64,000 nucleotides of DNA from Bigelowiella natans CCMP2755 (Eukaryota; Protista; Cercozoa), in assembly GCA_000320545.1 (NCBI GenBank), contig ADNK01000501.1:139448-203447 (forward strand), read 5' to 3'. The notes beneath the pieces were generated by a model, which was not told the DNA's origin, did not search any database, and saw only the letters and a list, made by a program, of their open reading frames with translations. Each line of letters opens with the position of its first letter. Within the stretch, counting starts at the first letter, position 1. Made by a program: the position numbers and the translations under genes. Positions 40,349-53,435 of the stretch are shown here, piece by piece.

Positions 40349-40441
40349 CGACAACGATATGTCATTGTCGCAACAAAATAACCACATGAAAAGATAAAAA
40401 TGATGGTTTTTAATACTTGCGACACGAATATTTATATGTCG
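40349..40441. promoter_or_regulatory. Two CGACA-N12-TGTCG dyads (40349-40370 and 40420-40441) in a divergent promoter region
   Basis: CGACA-acgatatgtcat-TGTCG and CGACA-cgaatatttata-TGTCG, upstream of the AP endonuclease ATG (40208, -). Confidence 0.55.
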
Positions 40442-40469
40442 TAGGAGCGATTCTCGGATTCTTCATTCG

Positions 40470-41683
40470 ACTGAACAGATCAGATCTCCTGGAGAGGCAG
40501 GGAAAGCAGATTATGTTTCGTCCTACAGTAGTGCAGCTCTTTTGATTTGGTTCCACAAGGCTCTCTCTGGCAGACTCAACACACAGATTCCAGCAGCATT
40601 TTGACACTCAGAACGAAGAACTCATTCGAGAGTAATGTCAGCATCCTCGCCATCCTATGAGGACGACGGGCTGAAAGTATCTCTATGTGTTCCAATGCAA
40701 CAAATGAAGAAGGATTTTTCTTCAAGGATGTTAGAGACGGAAGATTTACGTGGAGCTTTCAAGGAGGCTAAAGAACTTAAGGAGAGTATCTCCAAAAAAC
40801 TAGAGATGGTATAGAAGAGAGAAGAATAATGATCTTCCAAGACATCTCAGAGACCTTTGTATCTGCCTTATATTTTCGGATTTTTTGGACATGTCGAGCA
40901 TAACCTTCAAAATATAATAAGTGATATGGTAACTATAAGGATGCCGAAGACCTCTCTTTATTCAAATTGGTTTCTGTTGGTCCCAACGAATTAATTTCGA
41001 CGACACAGGTAATTTTAGTATCGTTCTTGTCACATTTTCGGATTCGATAGATGCCTCTCTCATTAATTCCCTTAATAGGACCGCTTCGCAATCTCATCTA
41101 GACATCGATCCACCAATCAAGCTCTCACAGCTGAAAAATTGGAGAATGTTCTCCAGGTTTAGACAAAACATTTTGAGACTTTCTTATCCTGAACACAATA
41201 ATACCGATTTACAGGAGAATGAGCGACTTAAAGCCACAGTAGCAAGCCTCTCAAAGTCCATAGTGATGCTAAGGTTGGAACACATTGAATTTACGATATA
41301 CTCCCTCACTAATGTTACCGCGGCGCATCACAGGAGAGCTCTTGTAGCACAGGCCCAGGAAAGAGAGGTGTCGGTGACCAAACATAGGAAGAATGAAGTA
41401 ATTGATATCTCAGAATCAACCGAATCGGTACTTTTAATGATGAAGATCTTGTTTGGAGGTCCGAAGTGGTAATTTAAGCTTTATTTAGAATACTCGGAAC
41501 AAGGTTCTTACAGGTCTTGAGATGGAACTTAACCAGTTGGAGAAAGTTTTGTCTATCGATACTACTTCACTGCTACCCGCGAAAGAGGAAAAGGACGATA
41601 ACACGTCCCCTTTCAGTAGAAATAGTCACCGCAAAGGAGTCACCGATCGGGCTGATGAACTTGAGGTTGAGGACTTTGTCTAG
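40470..41683 (+). CDS. Small multi-exon coiled-coil protein of unknown function (start uncertain)
   Basis: GT-AG-bounded exons reading MLETEDLRGAFKEAKELKESISKKLEM, ...AEKLENVLQ/ENERLKATVASLSKSIVML/RELLVAQAQERE and ...DELEVEDFV*. Confidence 0.55.
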
Positions 41684-42083
41684 TTTGCAGCAAGCAAGAA
41701 AGGAACAAACTCTCTAAGTGATGATTTTCGTCTTCCACGTAGCATAGCAGCAACATCAACAACACGCAATGCATACGGGGTATTGTGATAATTTGTGCAA
41801 AAGAACATAGCGTACAAAGAGGCAGCATCGTGAAATCAACAAGCATGCGTAAAGTATATATTTATTTTAGCCATGACGTACGTGTAGCATTATCTAACTA
41901 TGTATCATGAAGCCGCTGAGTGGCACAAGCATGTAGAAAGACGCATGCGAAGTCTAGATATTTGTTGCTGCGGTGTGTATCAAAATGACACCTGTCTAGA
42001 TGAGTTTCCCTATTATTTTCGAAGTGACCTAGAGCCAATCTAGCAATACAACCTACCCGCATAGAGCCAATAATACAAGCGTA

Positions 42084-42169
42084 CAAGCGTGGCATCAAAG
42101 CCCTCTAGCCCTGTATTACATGTCTATAATCTGTATCAAGCGTGGCATCAAAGCCCTCTAGCCCTGTAT
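42084..42169. repeat. 33-bp perfect direct repeat (caagcgtggcatcaaagccctctagccctgtat) x2, 53-bp period
   Basis: Copies at 42084-42116 and 42137-42169. Confidence 0.95.
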
Positions 42170-42565
42170 CAAGCCATGCATCTATAGTTTGCGTGGGGCT
42201 TGATTCTGTTGCTGTGGTACATTTTGTAGACTTTACATGTGAGCGATGAGTAATGACAGGATGCATGGACTACTCGTCTTATTTTGTGGTGAACAGCATG
42301 TCTAGACGTGCAGTCGGAAATATATCTATCTGTAGCCACGCTTGCATTGCAGCCCGAAAGCCATGCAAATGTCTTGTTCATTTGTACACGCTATTGATAA
42401 TCCCCTTTTTACATATTTTTTACATTACTTGGATTTTCTTCACAGCTACACAAGCTCCGATGAATCTAATCATAAAATTAAAGCACCTGACAGAATCTAA
42501 CGAATGAACAGCCACATTTATACTGACTTTCGACACGAATGGGCATGTGCCACATAAAACTAAAG

Positions 42566-43932
42566 CTAGCATTTGATTGTGAAAGCAACAAAGGCAGCTG
42601 GCGACTCTTTCCCCGTCGTTCTACTCTTAGAACTGCTCTTCCTGCTGCCCCGTGTATTTCTTTTGGATGGTCTCTTTTTGCTACCACCATCACCTCCACC
42701 TCCACCATCTCGGCTCTTCTTACGACTGCGACCGTGAATCCCAGAAAGCAGTAGGGTGAAAACACCGTGACCCGCTGACGGAGAGATGGAAGGTTTGTGG
42801 TTCACGCAGACGAGCTTTGTCGAAAGTAGTTTGGGCATTATTCCAAACGTTGGCGAGTGGGAATGCCACGTCCGTGTCGGGAAATGGAAGGACCAGATGT
42901 CGGTGAAAGTGTGCTCTATTGAAGGGGGGGGGTTAAGAGGAGGTGGGATTGAGTAAAGAAGATGAGCAAAGAAAATCGATTACAGCGTGATATGTGGTTA
43001 TTATAAAGGCACAATCACAACGTGGCACTTACTCGAGCCATGTATAGGATCATGTCCGCCAATGATGACAAGGCGATCACCCAAAATCGCACTGATTGAT
43101 CAAATATGATAACGGGGAAGGGTGGAAAGAGATGATAATACACGTCAATCTCAACATTATTTTCACTGCAAGCAGAAAAAGAACATAAACTGATCTTCTT
43201 GACTAGGTTTTGGCCGTCGCATAAGGCCTCTCCCTCTCTCTTCCTCCTGCTCTTCCTCCTCCTTCCTGCACTTCTTCATTGCTACCTTGAATGGGCCATC
43301 CTCGCAGGCGGCTTCGACTCACCCTCCTTACCATTATAATTTAACCAAACACCGTAAGAAGAAAAAGGAGAAGAAGAGAGATAGAGCATGTGACTACACT
43401 GTGCGATGACACATACTCTCAGTGTGATAAGATACTAATATTACTTGCAATTTCAACTGAGTCCAAGCGAAGGTCTACGAATAGGATATGTGTATGGGCG
43501 AGAGATGATAAATAAGATCAAACACTACTTAAATGCTGCTAGCGTACGAAGCCAATTAAAAATCAGAATAAAGAACACACTGATGATTCCTGTTCAAATA
43601 GTATATTTGTTTTTTCTTCAGAATAATACCACTTAGAGCATCCCGTATACGTTCATTTTTTATACAATTTCTTTGAAATATGATAAGTTGTTGCACTAAG
43701 ACAGCACTCTCGCAAGCAGTAGGACGAAATACATATGCTGGTGTTCATAACGAGAACAAACATACCCACTACTCACACTACGATTTAAGGTGGGGTGAAG
43801 CAATAACCATTAGATTGAGCACGTATATTTCGTTCAATATTTGGTTTCCATTGGTACCTGACGCATCACACAGAAAATGTACGACGAACACACACGCTCG
43901 GGACCATCATGATCATCCATAATCTCGATTAT

Positions 43933-43968
<36 letters not shown>

Positions 43969-44914
43969 TACTACGACTGCTACTTTTACTACAACCTCCA
44001 AATAGTACAAGGTGGCGGCCATACAAGTTTGCCGTGTGGTGTGCAAGCGCTGGTGCTTCCCTGCACCTACACCGCACCCATCGACCCATTCGGAGGTGCA
44101 AGCGATACACATCCGCGAGAATCTATGATGATTGTGAAATAATTGACAACCGTAAACAGCAACAACGAGAACAACAACAACGACAACGACGACAAAAATG
44201 GATGTAGAGAGGGATTCAAGAGGATATAAATTAAGAAGCAGCAGCGACGAGAGAGTCATACTCTATAAATGAACATACGTCATCATTACAAATGAGACTC
44301 CATTCCCCGACCTCAATCTTATTTTCCGTTATTAACACAACCAGTACTCCTTCCCTCCACCTTAATCCTCCTCCTCCTCCTCCTCTTCATCATCATCATC
44401 TTTTTTTACTACTTCTACTACTACCTGGTTGTTAGAGGTCCCCCCGTGAACAAGTAAATATTCCCCAGAAATACCGACAGCAACGTGATGCATGCGTGGT
44501 GCAGGTGCAGTACCTGTCGTCAATAGGCTCACCTATTATCATCATATCAGAGAGGGAGAGGGAGGGAGTTGATAATCAGATTTCTTCCACTTCGTGCCGT
44601 TTGGTTATGAGTCATCGTCACTATCTACATCAACATTATTTTACATTGATCCAATGTGCACTACTGCTACTACAACTATTACTACCCAACGGCCGTGAGT
44701 GAGCGAGAAGAGGAATGTATTTGTCGATAACTTTCGCGACCTAGAACTTCCTCCAAACACTGCAACCTAGCAGCGATGGAGGTTATGATGATGATGATGA
44801 TGATGACGACGATGATTGAAAGTAACACTGTGATTTTGTAAAGAAAAGAAGGAGACTGAGAGAGACAAACATAGAGACAGACAAGTAGATAGAGAGAGAG
44901 TGATAAAGAGAGAG

Positions 44915-44955
<41 letters not shown>

Positions 44956-45218
44956 GCGCGACGGACACTAGCAAACTTTTGACATTGATTACAAGTACTT
45001 ATATTCCATGTAGAAAACAGCAATTACTGTGGAGTTAATGAGGTTGGCAGTAGCAAAGTGCAGTGATTGTCCTGGGAAAGGGGGCAACCTGTAATCATGA
45101 TAAGAATATCAAGCTACTTAATCATAATTGTAATCATAATTGTTCAAAATAACATGTGTTAACGTAATATATTCACATGGAAATGGATGCTTTGCTAGCT
45201 AACGATATCATTTTTAAT

Positions 45219-45256
<38 letters not shown>

Positions 45257-46318
45257 TGCTTGTTTTCATCTTCTTCCTCTTCTTCCTCTTCTTCTGGTGT
45301 GTTTTTGTCTACGTGGTCCAAAGAGATCCAGATGTTGACGCGCGGGTGATATCTACGATGATTACATGATGTTTGAACGGTAGAGAGGAGATTCATTGCG
45401 CTTCACGAAAGATGCAGATTATACATAATTCAATGTTCTGAATATCAAGCTTCTCTACATCATCAGAGAAAATGAAAACTGAAGATAGGTTTTTATTTCT
45501 TCCTCCAACTCAAGTTACAGCAATAATAAGAACAAAACAAAAGCAGCTTTATAACCGAGCATAGTTGTTTCTCCCGTAGTGCTCATTAGTATAGGTCCTG
45601 TTGTGCGTCATTATTATTTGAAAATGGAGGCGAAGGGGTGTCCGATTTAGCTTCGAATGTTGAGAATAAACAAGAAATGCACAAACGAAAAGTAATAATC
45701 GTTCCACGTATGAGCGTCCTCTGGTATGACTCAAGCTTGAGGGAATGCACAGCAGTTTCCTTCTTTCCCCCCCTTCTCTCCCTCTCTCTTGATTTACATT
45801 TTCCTATTATTACCGCATGGGGATGGCACTGCTGTATGCCCGGCCTGGAATACAATAAAACAGATAATGTCACGACGCACTTTATTGATATAGGTGCAGC
45901 TAATCTAGTTGAGGAATAAATGAGATAACTCACTCGCTTCTTCTTCATTTTCAAATAATGCTAATCATAGCGAGGAGAGTAATACCCCTAATGACGGAGC
46001 CTCGCCAGCTATCTTAGGGCATGACACACGCACCTAATTTTAAATCCATTTCGAGATTTTACATATAATCATCGTCATCATCATAATTATCATCATCAAG
46101 ATTAGCTTCCTTCATCGGTACAACGACTAGATGATAACGTTCACCATCTGATTGAATGCATCATACTCGGAGGAGGATTACCTCAACTGGCGTCGTCACA
46201 CTAGCTGCTGGGCGCGAGCAACCGTGATGAGGCGTTCGAAGTAAGTCTGGTGTCGCCACGATAAGATATCCAAAATTGGAACTCTGTTCAAAGTGATCGA
46301 TATTTACGTACATATAAA

Positions 46319-46349
<31 letters not shown>

Positions 46350-48903
46350 GTATGTATAATATAAAATATATATAAACTTCTTATATTGAGAGGGTCTTCC
46401 TTCTCACAGCCAATGCAAATCAAACTAATTCTATTCTATATTGCACCGCTACTTTCTAAATCTACCAAAGTACTACCTTCAACTGTTGCATGTCGAGTCG
46501 GTCCAACTTAGTGCAGAGCTCTACCATGGTGAGCTATAGGAGGAAGAAGAGAGGAGAGGAGGGGAGGAAGAGGAGGAGGAGGATATTTAGGAGAGAACAG
46601 TAAGAAAAGATGATGTGAATCACTCAAACATCAATTGTAAGAATAATCAGGTGGTACTGCAGCACAACATTTGCAGTAATACTACACGCATGCCATCAAG
46701 TTCACTTTTGGTCTGAATCAAACAACCGGAATTTATAAATCTGACCGTATTGTTGTGGAACCCAAACAATAAGCTTCTGGCTCGTTAATCTTATAAATTC
46801 GGACTGCTATTCTCACATGTGATGTTGTCAAGACCTTCCTCCTCTTTCCACGTTTTCTTCCTTCATTTTCTTCTTCTTTGCATCTCTCAGACGGACTGGT
46901 TGCAGCAGTACCGCTTCTTTTCTCGTCTAGCTCCATTCCACTCGTTGCACTGATACTCTGCGATTCAAACAACGACGGTACTTGTTGCTGCTGTTTCTCT
47001 TCATTTTGGTGCTGCTGTGCTACGGGCTCTTTCCCCTCAGGGCACGGGAATATGTGCTGCATCAATTTCTTTCTCTTACCACGCTTCTTAGGATTCAGTG
47101 GCTGCTGTTTATGTTGTTGTTGTTGCTGCTGCTTTGGGATTGAGGAGGCGGAACTCCGCGTAGCCATCGAGCTGTATTCGTATGAATAGTTTCGTTTGCA
47201 TGCGTGTGGTGTAATCAAGGCAGTGGAAGTGAGAACTCAAGCTCGAGATGCGACATAATGAGTACATCGGTGGGTATTAAAACGTCGTCCAACACAGATT
47301 GATATAATCATATCTAAATATCATAGAGTCACCCGTTTGTGTTGGCGGATGACTGTGAGCAATCGCTGAGACTGTCTATGCTTGGATCCATCCTAGAGAC
47401 AGAAGCACCTCCTCGTTTTTTCTTCCTCTTGGAACTTGTTGATAAATACGATGAGGATTCCGCTTTCGTATCTTTGTGACTGATGCTTCCTTCATACTCT
47501 GTGTCCACATCCGCCTTGGATTTCGATGGTGGTGGCGGAAGGAAGGGAAGAGGGGGAGAGAAAGGAAAAAAAAGGGGTAAAAAATGTGATCTCATTCCAT
47601 GAAAGAACTGAGTTGTTGCTGCAACTGTTTCCAACAATTGGATATCACCTCGTCTCCACTAGTTGAAATAATAGCAGATGATGTTACATCTCGAGCTCTC
47701 GGTTTCTTTTTTTTCGTCTTGGAGATCTTCATTGGCACCGCATATCCAACGGTAGCTTCAGCTTTCGACGCCAACGCTGTGATTGGTAACGATTATGATG
47801 ATAATGCCGTTGATATCTTGATGAAATGACTGCGGCTATATTGGCAACTGATATCGATGACGATCAACGTAGTTTGAACAAACCTTTCTGCTGCATCTTG
47901 CTCGTGGGAGTTGATGATGATGATGGTTTTCTTGAGCCCTTAGAATCTATTATCAACAGACGAGCAAAATGAGGTTATATTGTCGGCTCTCTTTTCTTCC
48001 AATGTATGAGTAAAGGTTTCGCCCGAGGACTTTGACGCTTTCACCATGAATCCCAGGATCATTCTACTTATAACATATTCAGTATTACCATTTTGAAGTT
48101 TTTCTGCTTCAATCGACGGGGAGTGAGTTCCAGGTTCCTGATTTTGGATCTGGTCGCTATCCTCGGGGATCACGGTAATACCTATCGTCAAAAATCTCTA
48201 GTTAACGCAGAAATCTTGCTTCCAGGTAGGGATGAGATGAATGACAAGATTAGCTATCCCGTGCATCGTCACCTCCCATTGGATGATTCCTACTGCGACG
48301 GCCCACCGCCCGAGTATCTGCCTCGAGTTCAGACACATCCGCATGTCCACCGTCCTTGAGTAATAAGTAGAACGTATGAGGTTACAATAAAATATTCAAC
48401 CCTCTCTTCACATATCTCCATGCTCGTTCTCTATCTCTATCTGTCTATATTTGTTATCATGTCTATGTGCGCGCGCGCGAGTGTGTGTGTGTGTGTGTGT
48501 GTGCGTGTCTGATCTGGAGTACTCAAGCTACCTCTTCCTCATCCGACGAAGATTTAGGACGGAAGGTGAATGCCCCCGGGGGAGGCAGGTTGAGACCTTC
48601 ATAGCATCGTATAGTGACAGAATGGTTCATGCTATATGTACAACATCCTAGTTTGAGCTCACTACCTTCACGTGACAACTCTGGAGGTCTCCAATCTTCA
48701 CGGTTAACAAATTCTTGTCCTAGTTCTTCATCCGGGTAAAATCCGAATAACGATGAAGGGTGTACTGCGGGAGAGTACCGTTTCTTCGATTCTCCAGAAA
48801 TATTACTTCTCAACAGCGGTCTTAAACGACGCCGAAAAAATATGCAACTGTATCCAAGATTGCAGGCTTTCCCATGTTTCCCATGTACGCTAGATGTAAT
48901 CAT
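42566..48903 (-). CDS. Kelch-repeat protein with long low-complexity N-terminal region (possible split C2-like segments)
   Basis: Kelch blades PAPRMHHVAVGISGEYLLVHGG, LADVYRLHLRMGRW, PALAHHTANLYGRHLVLFGG, GDRLVIIGG and TDIWSFHFPTRTW. The 5' exon has TIRCYEGLNLP. The start and single-gene status are uncertain. Confidence 0.7.
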
Positions 48904-49504
48904 GGATTGCAATGATCCTGTTATATTTATATATGACGACAGAATTTGTGAGTCCTACCTGCATAGATTCTTTTTTGATTTTGCCTTCCCAGAACTCCTG
49001 TGTGAGTATCAAGTTGGAAAGAAGTGGAATTAACATGAAAACTCCTTAATCTGAAGATGAGCATAAATTTCGACATGAGTTCGTCATGAAAGCTCTACAA
49101 TGAAGTCACACCATAAGTTCATTCCAGATTTTCGCGCACTCACAAGATACCGTGTGTGTATTTTAACTCAAGGGAAACAAAAGCATTTTCATACGATGAT
49201 CTTCCCAGAGGGAAAAAAACGCAATCAAGGAAGAAATGTGAGAATATAGACCTGCATACAAATTCGAATTAAATAATAATGATAGGACTACCTACTGCCA
49301 TCCACATCTTTACTTCTCCCCTTGGATCGCCTGCCCCTTCGCGAAGAGCCAAACATGTTTAGCCCTCCGCTCGGGTTCTAATCTTTCTCACCCATTGATC
49401 TAACGGAGATGAAGGTCATTTTAACTCTGCGTCATTAGTTTTCGAATTGCTTCCTTCAATATCTCAGATAACCTCGCACAAGCTCCTTCCCTTGCCCTTT
49501 TGAG

Positions 49505-51269
49505 ATGGATAAGGCGGACGAAAAGAACAAAGATCAGCAGAACAATGCAGTTAAGAAACAGGAACCAAAAGTCACAATTGCGGAAGTACTTGATATGGCA
49601 CGTCTTTCCCAGTTCCAAGAGCAATTCGAGAGAGTTGGATTTGGCCCAGAAAGTGACGCCTTCCAGTTGCTGTATGATGGCGACTTTGAATCTAGGATGA
49701 AAGGTTCCTCGTAGTCCAGACCTAATGTACAGAATTCCGAATAATGCATAACTTTTTGCAGATGTGGGATTGAAGCCTGGTCATAGGGCGCGCATGAATC
49801 GAACAAAGCAACTTTTACATGAAACTTACCTCCAGTCCAAAGCAGCCGCTGAAATCATCACAGATCGAAATAAAAAGAAAAGACTGAAGGAAAGTCAACA
49901 GGAAAGTCAACAGGAAAGTGAACCGGAATCTAAGCAAGAAAATGTTGGTACTCTAGATCCAGATGTCGTGAAAATGCTTGTCTCAGAAAATGAAAATACA
50001 ATACGTGAAGGGGTAACGAGAATTCGAAAATTACTTTCAGCAGGTAATACATGAGTCGAACTTATCCTACAACTTTGGTGGTCTCAACTTAGTTCTGTTT
50101 CCGTTTGGTATGTTTTAGAACGTAACCCACCAATACAAGAGGCCATCAACTCGAGAATTGTTCCGAGATTGATCGAACTATTATCAGCAGCAGACGACCG
50201 TGTAGCGTTTGAAGCTGCCTGGGCACTTACAAATATTGTATCAGGAACGAGTGCCCATGTAACTGCTGTCGTTGAAGCTGGGGCAGTTCCTCAGTTAGTC
50301 GAGTTGCTGGATTCCACAAATGACGATATTGCCGATCAAGCCATATGGGCTTTGGGTAATATTTCAGGCGACAGTACAAATTTTCGTGACTGCGTACTAG
50401 ATGCAGAAGCGCTCCCAGGAATCATAAGAAAGATGAAGAACTTTAAAACCAACTCCTCAGCAATTCGGAACGCTACTTGGGCCGTCTCGAACCTTTGTAG
50501 AGGCAAGCCCCCCCCCGATTTCAGCGTCGTGAGAGTGGCAATACCCGTTCTCGCAGGACTTCTTACATCGAAGGATGAAGAAGTAGTTGTAGATGCTTGC
50601 TGGGCCCTCTCGTACTTGTCAGATGATAACACAAGCGACAATAAGAAGATTGGTGCTATTGTCAAATCTGGTGTGCAGAAAGATCTTGTGAGGCTTCTCG
50701 ATAGCAAAGACAGGGGATTAGTCGTTGTCCCAGCACTACGAACCATAGGAAACATTGTATCTGGGAACGATCTACAAACTCAAAGTGTTCTTAATTGCGG
50801 AGTTCTTTCACGACTTCCTCCTTTATTGAAGAACAACCGTAAAGTGATACGGAAAGAAGCGTTGTGGACTATTTCGAATATCGTCGCCGGGGATAGGAAG
50901 CAGATTAAACAAACCTTAGATAATGGTATCATTACTTGTGTCCTTCAATGCATGGAGGAAAATCATAACGATAAGGATATATTAAAGGAGGCAGCATGGG
51001 TCCTACAAAATGCTGCAGCGGGATCCGACTCTAATATGAGAGATTACCTTTGCAAAGTAGGATGCGGAGATGCATTGTGTGAAATTATCGTATCATGTAG
51101 AGAGGACGGTAATTTACTGGCGATTGTACTTGGTGGCATTAAAGAACTACCACAATTGATGGACCAGATATCCGAAAATCAGAAAAAATCAATTCGAAAT
51201 TTGCGGAATCATCCGAATACCAAAGTGTGTTCTCTTGCGGCGGAGATTCTTGGTGACGACGCAAGGTAG
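49505..51269 (+). CDS. Importin-alpha-like ARM-repeat protein with an N-terminal SAM domain in place of the IBB domain
   Basis: RKLLSA/ERNPPIQEAI, FEAAWALTNIVSG, DQAIWALGNISGDS, RNATWAVSNLCRGKPPP, DACWALSYLSD and PALRTIGNIVSGND are importin-alpha motifs. The N-terminal LSQFQEQFERVG...D...DVGLKPGHRARM is SAM-like. Two introns (~49703 and ~50044). Confidence 0.88.
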
Positions 51270-51867
51270 AATTGAACCATAAAACAACAAATTAGCTAGA
51301 GTACCAGATTTGAGACGGAAGCATGTTATGAACAAATTTCGCAGGATTGAACCACAAATAACAAATTGGCTAGTTGGCTAGAGTATCAGATATGTACTTT
51401 TAATATAATTATTTCACGTTTATATTTTTGCATCTCGACGCTCCCCGCGTCGTAGCATTATGCGCTGTTCATTGCAAACACTATGGAGCTACCGAGCTTG
51501 CTGCGCAACTCTGCTACACGCAGCGCTAATAACAGCAACAATCATGCATTTACTTACACGCATGGACTGTCAATCTGCTGCTGCAGAGACGCGGCACACA
51601 TTTTTACAATTTTGGCCACCTCTCGTCATCGTACTTAAGAGCTCAATTACCCATGCATATATGCATTCAGCTATCCATCGCATGTTGCTTTACGATGTTA
51701 CGAACGTTTGGCGAAAAAATTACACACCTGGAGAATAAATTGAGCGCCGGGAATTTTTATCCCCAGCGAGTCATTCGGCATATCGCGCAATCGTTTGATC
51801 AACAGGACTCGGCGTGCCCATCATATGAATATTTGTGTGTACAAATTCTCTAAAAAAATTGTACAAA

Positions 51868-53121
51868 TTAAGCTTCTTCGGCAGGCGGATCTTCAGGTGG
51901 AGCTTCAAAGCCCTCATCGGTTTGATATAGGATCTCAAGAATTTTGTCTTTAACACCACCGTCATCCTCCTCTTCATGATCCTAAGGACATAGCACAATA
52001 CAATCATTAGACAAATATTGGTAGGTCACGCGATACTAACCTGCAGAAGTATTTCAATACTGCGTAGTTTCGAATAGTAAAATGTACGCTCTTTTTCCAG
52101 TAGCTCCACGTGATCAGACAATTCATTCAATTTCTCCTCCTTCTCTTTGATGATTTTATCCTTTTCTTTAAGGCGTTTCTCCATGCCTGTCGTGTCTGCG
52201 CTTTTCCCGGTTGATACCTTTGTTCCCCCTGTCCTATTTAATAGCTTGGAAGTTTTCCGGAGCGTTGTAGCTCGCTTTCCTTCGGAACGTGGGCCCGTCA
52301 GTTTCGGTGCTCGCGGCTGTAACTTCTTCCTAATATCAGATATAAGCCACTCACAATTAATGGAGATAATGTCTTAATTGAAACAATTAAAGCGGATTTC
52401 AGTTTATAAGAGACTAGAGCTACCCTTGCTTCTTTAGTGCGGCGTTACGCCGTCCGATGGCATCGTATTCATCCCCGCTGTATCTCACGTCAAAAAAGTT
52501 CTGAATCACATTAGCAAGATTGTGGTCAAAGCCAGCTATAATGTAGAAGATAAATTTTACCTTCATCCACTGAAGAAACTCTAAATTATCTTGATATTTG
52601 GCTTTGATGAGTTTTTCGACTGCAACAGTCGAGAATCAGAGAAATTTAGGCTCACAACTCAGAATTGGATCACCTGGCACGTGTTTTTGGACATCCATCT
52701 TTTGGAAAACTCCTTGAAGCACCTTGAAATTCTTCACAAATTCGTAGTCGTACTTAGCATCGAAGTTTACTCTGGTAAGAGGGACCTTCCCGGGGAAGAT
52801 TGCATCTAGAATCTGCCCATATAGTTTCATCGATGTAAATATCCTCATTTCCAAAAGGTGACAATGGAGGTCATGAAGTGAACAACATTTTAGGTCATTT
52901 TTCGTTTCACTTGAATGCTACAACGGTTTCTAAACTCAAATCAATGTCACTGTGGTCCACATATTAATCCAGTGGAAAAATACAACCTGGCAGTGGGCGG
53001 CGCCGGACGCCGCTTGCTCCACTTTAGTGTAGTTGAGATCTAGAAACGAATTTATCCAATCTAGGAGCTGTCTCTTGCCCACAAAATAGGCCTCACCCAT
53101 CATCCCTGGGTTGTCAGACAT
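51868..53121 (-). CDS. EB1: Microtubule end-binding protein EB1 (MAPRE family)
   Basis: CH domain GMMGEAYFVGKRQLLDWIN...SGAAHCQ...AKYQDNLEFLQWMK. EBH domain LEKERTFYYSKLRSIEILLQ...ILYQTDEGF. Confidence 0.96.
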
Positions 53122-53393
53122 GATTAGACTGCCTAGATCTCGTTGATCACGGGGGCGGTTTGGTTATGAAGGTTTTGAAAAAATAGGCGGAAATGGATTT
53201 TTAGTGTGCAAAAATATCAAGCGACATATAAAATGAGTAAAATCTACAGAAAACAGCATCCTTTTGTCCTGCCGGCGTAGGGGGAGAGAAGGACGGATTG
53301 AGATCCCTGCCAGAAATCTGGGTTTCGGGTTAAAATTCCGTCACTGGCAGATATCAACAAGAAGTTTTAGGCAATTCCAGGAGATATATCTCT

Positions 53394-53417
53394 TGCGACA
53401 ACAATACAAACCTGTCC
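53394..53417. promoter_or_regulatory. Imperfect dyad TGCGACA-acaatacaaacc-TGTCC in a divergent promoter spacer
   Basis: Same 12-bp spacing as the other dyads, with one mismatch in the right half-site. Confidence 0.35.
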
Positions 53418-53435
53418 CAAAGCAAAATAAGAGCG

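Noticed and set aside
27068-49091. Second promoter word TTTCATGACG (27068 +, ~49082 -)
   Set aside because: Only two occurrences, which is too few to support without a genome-wide scan.
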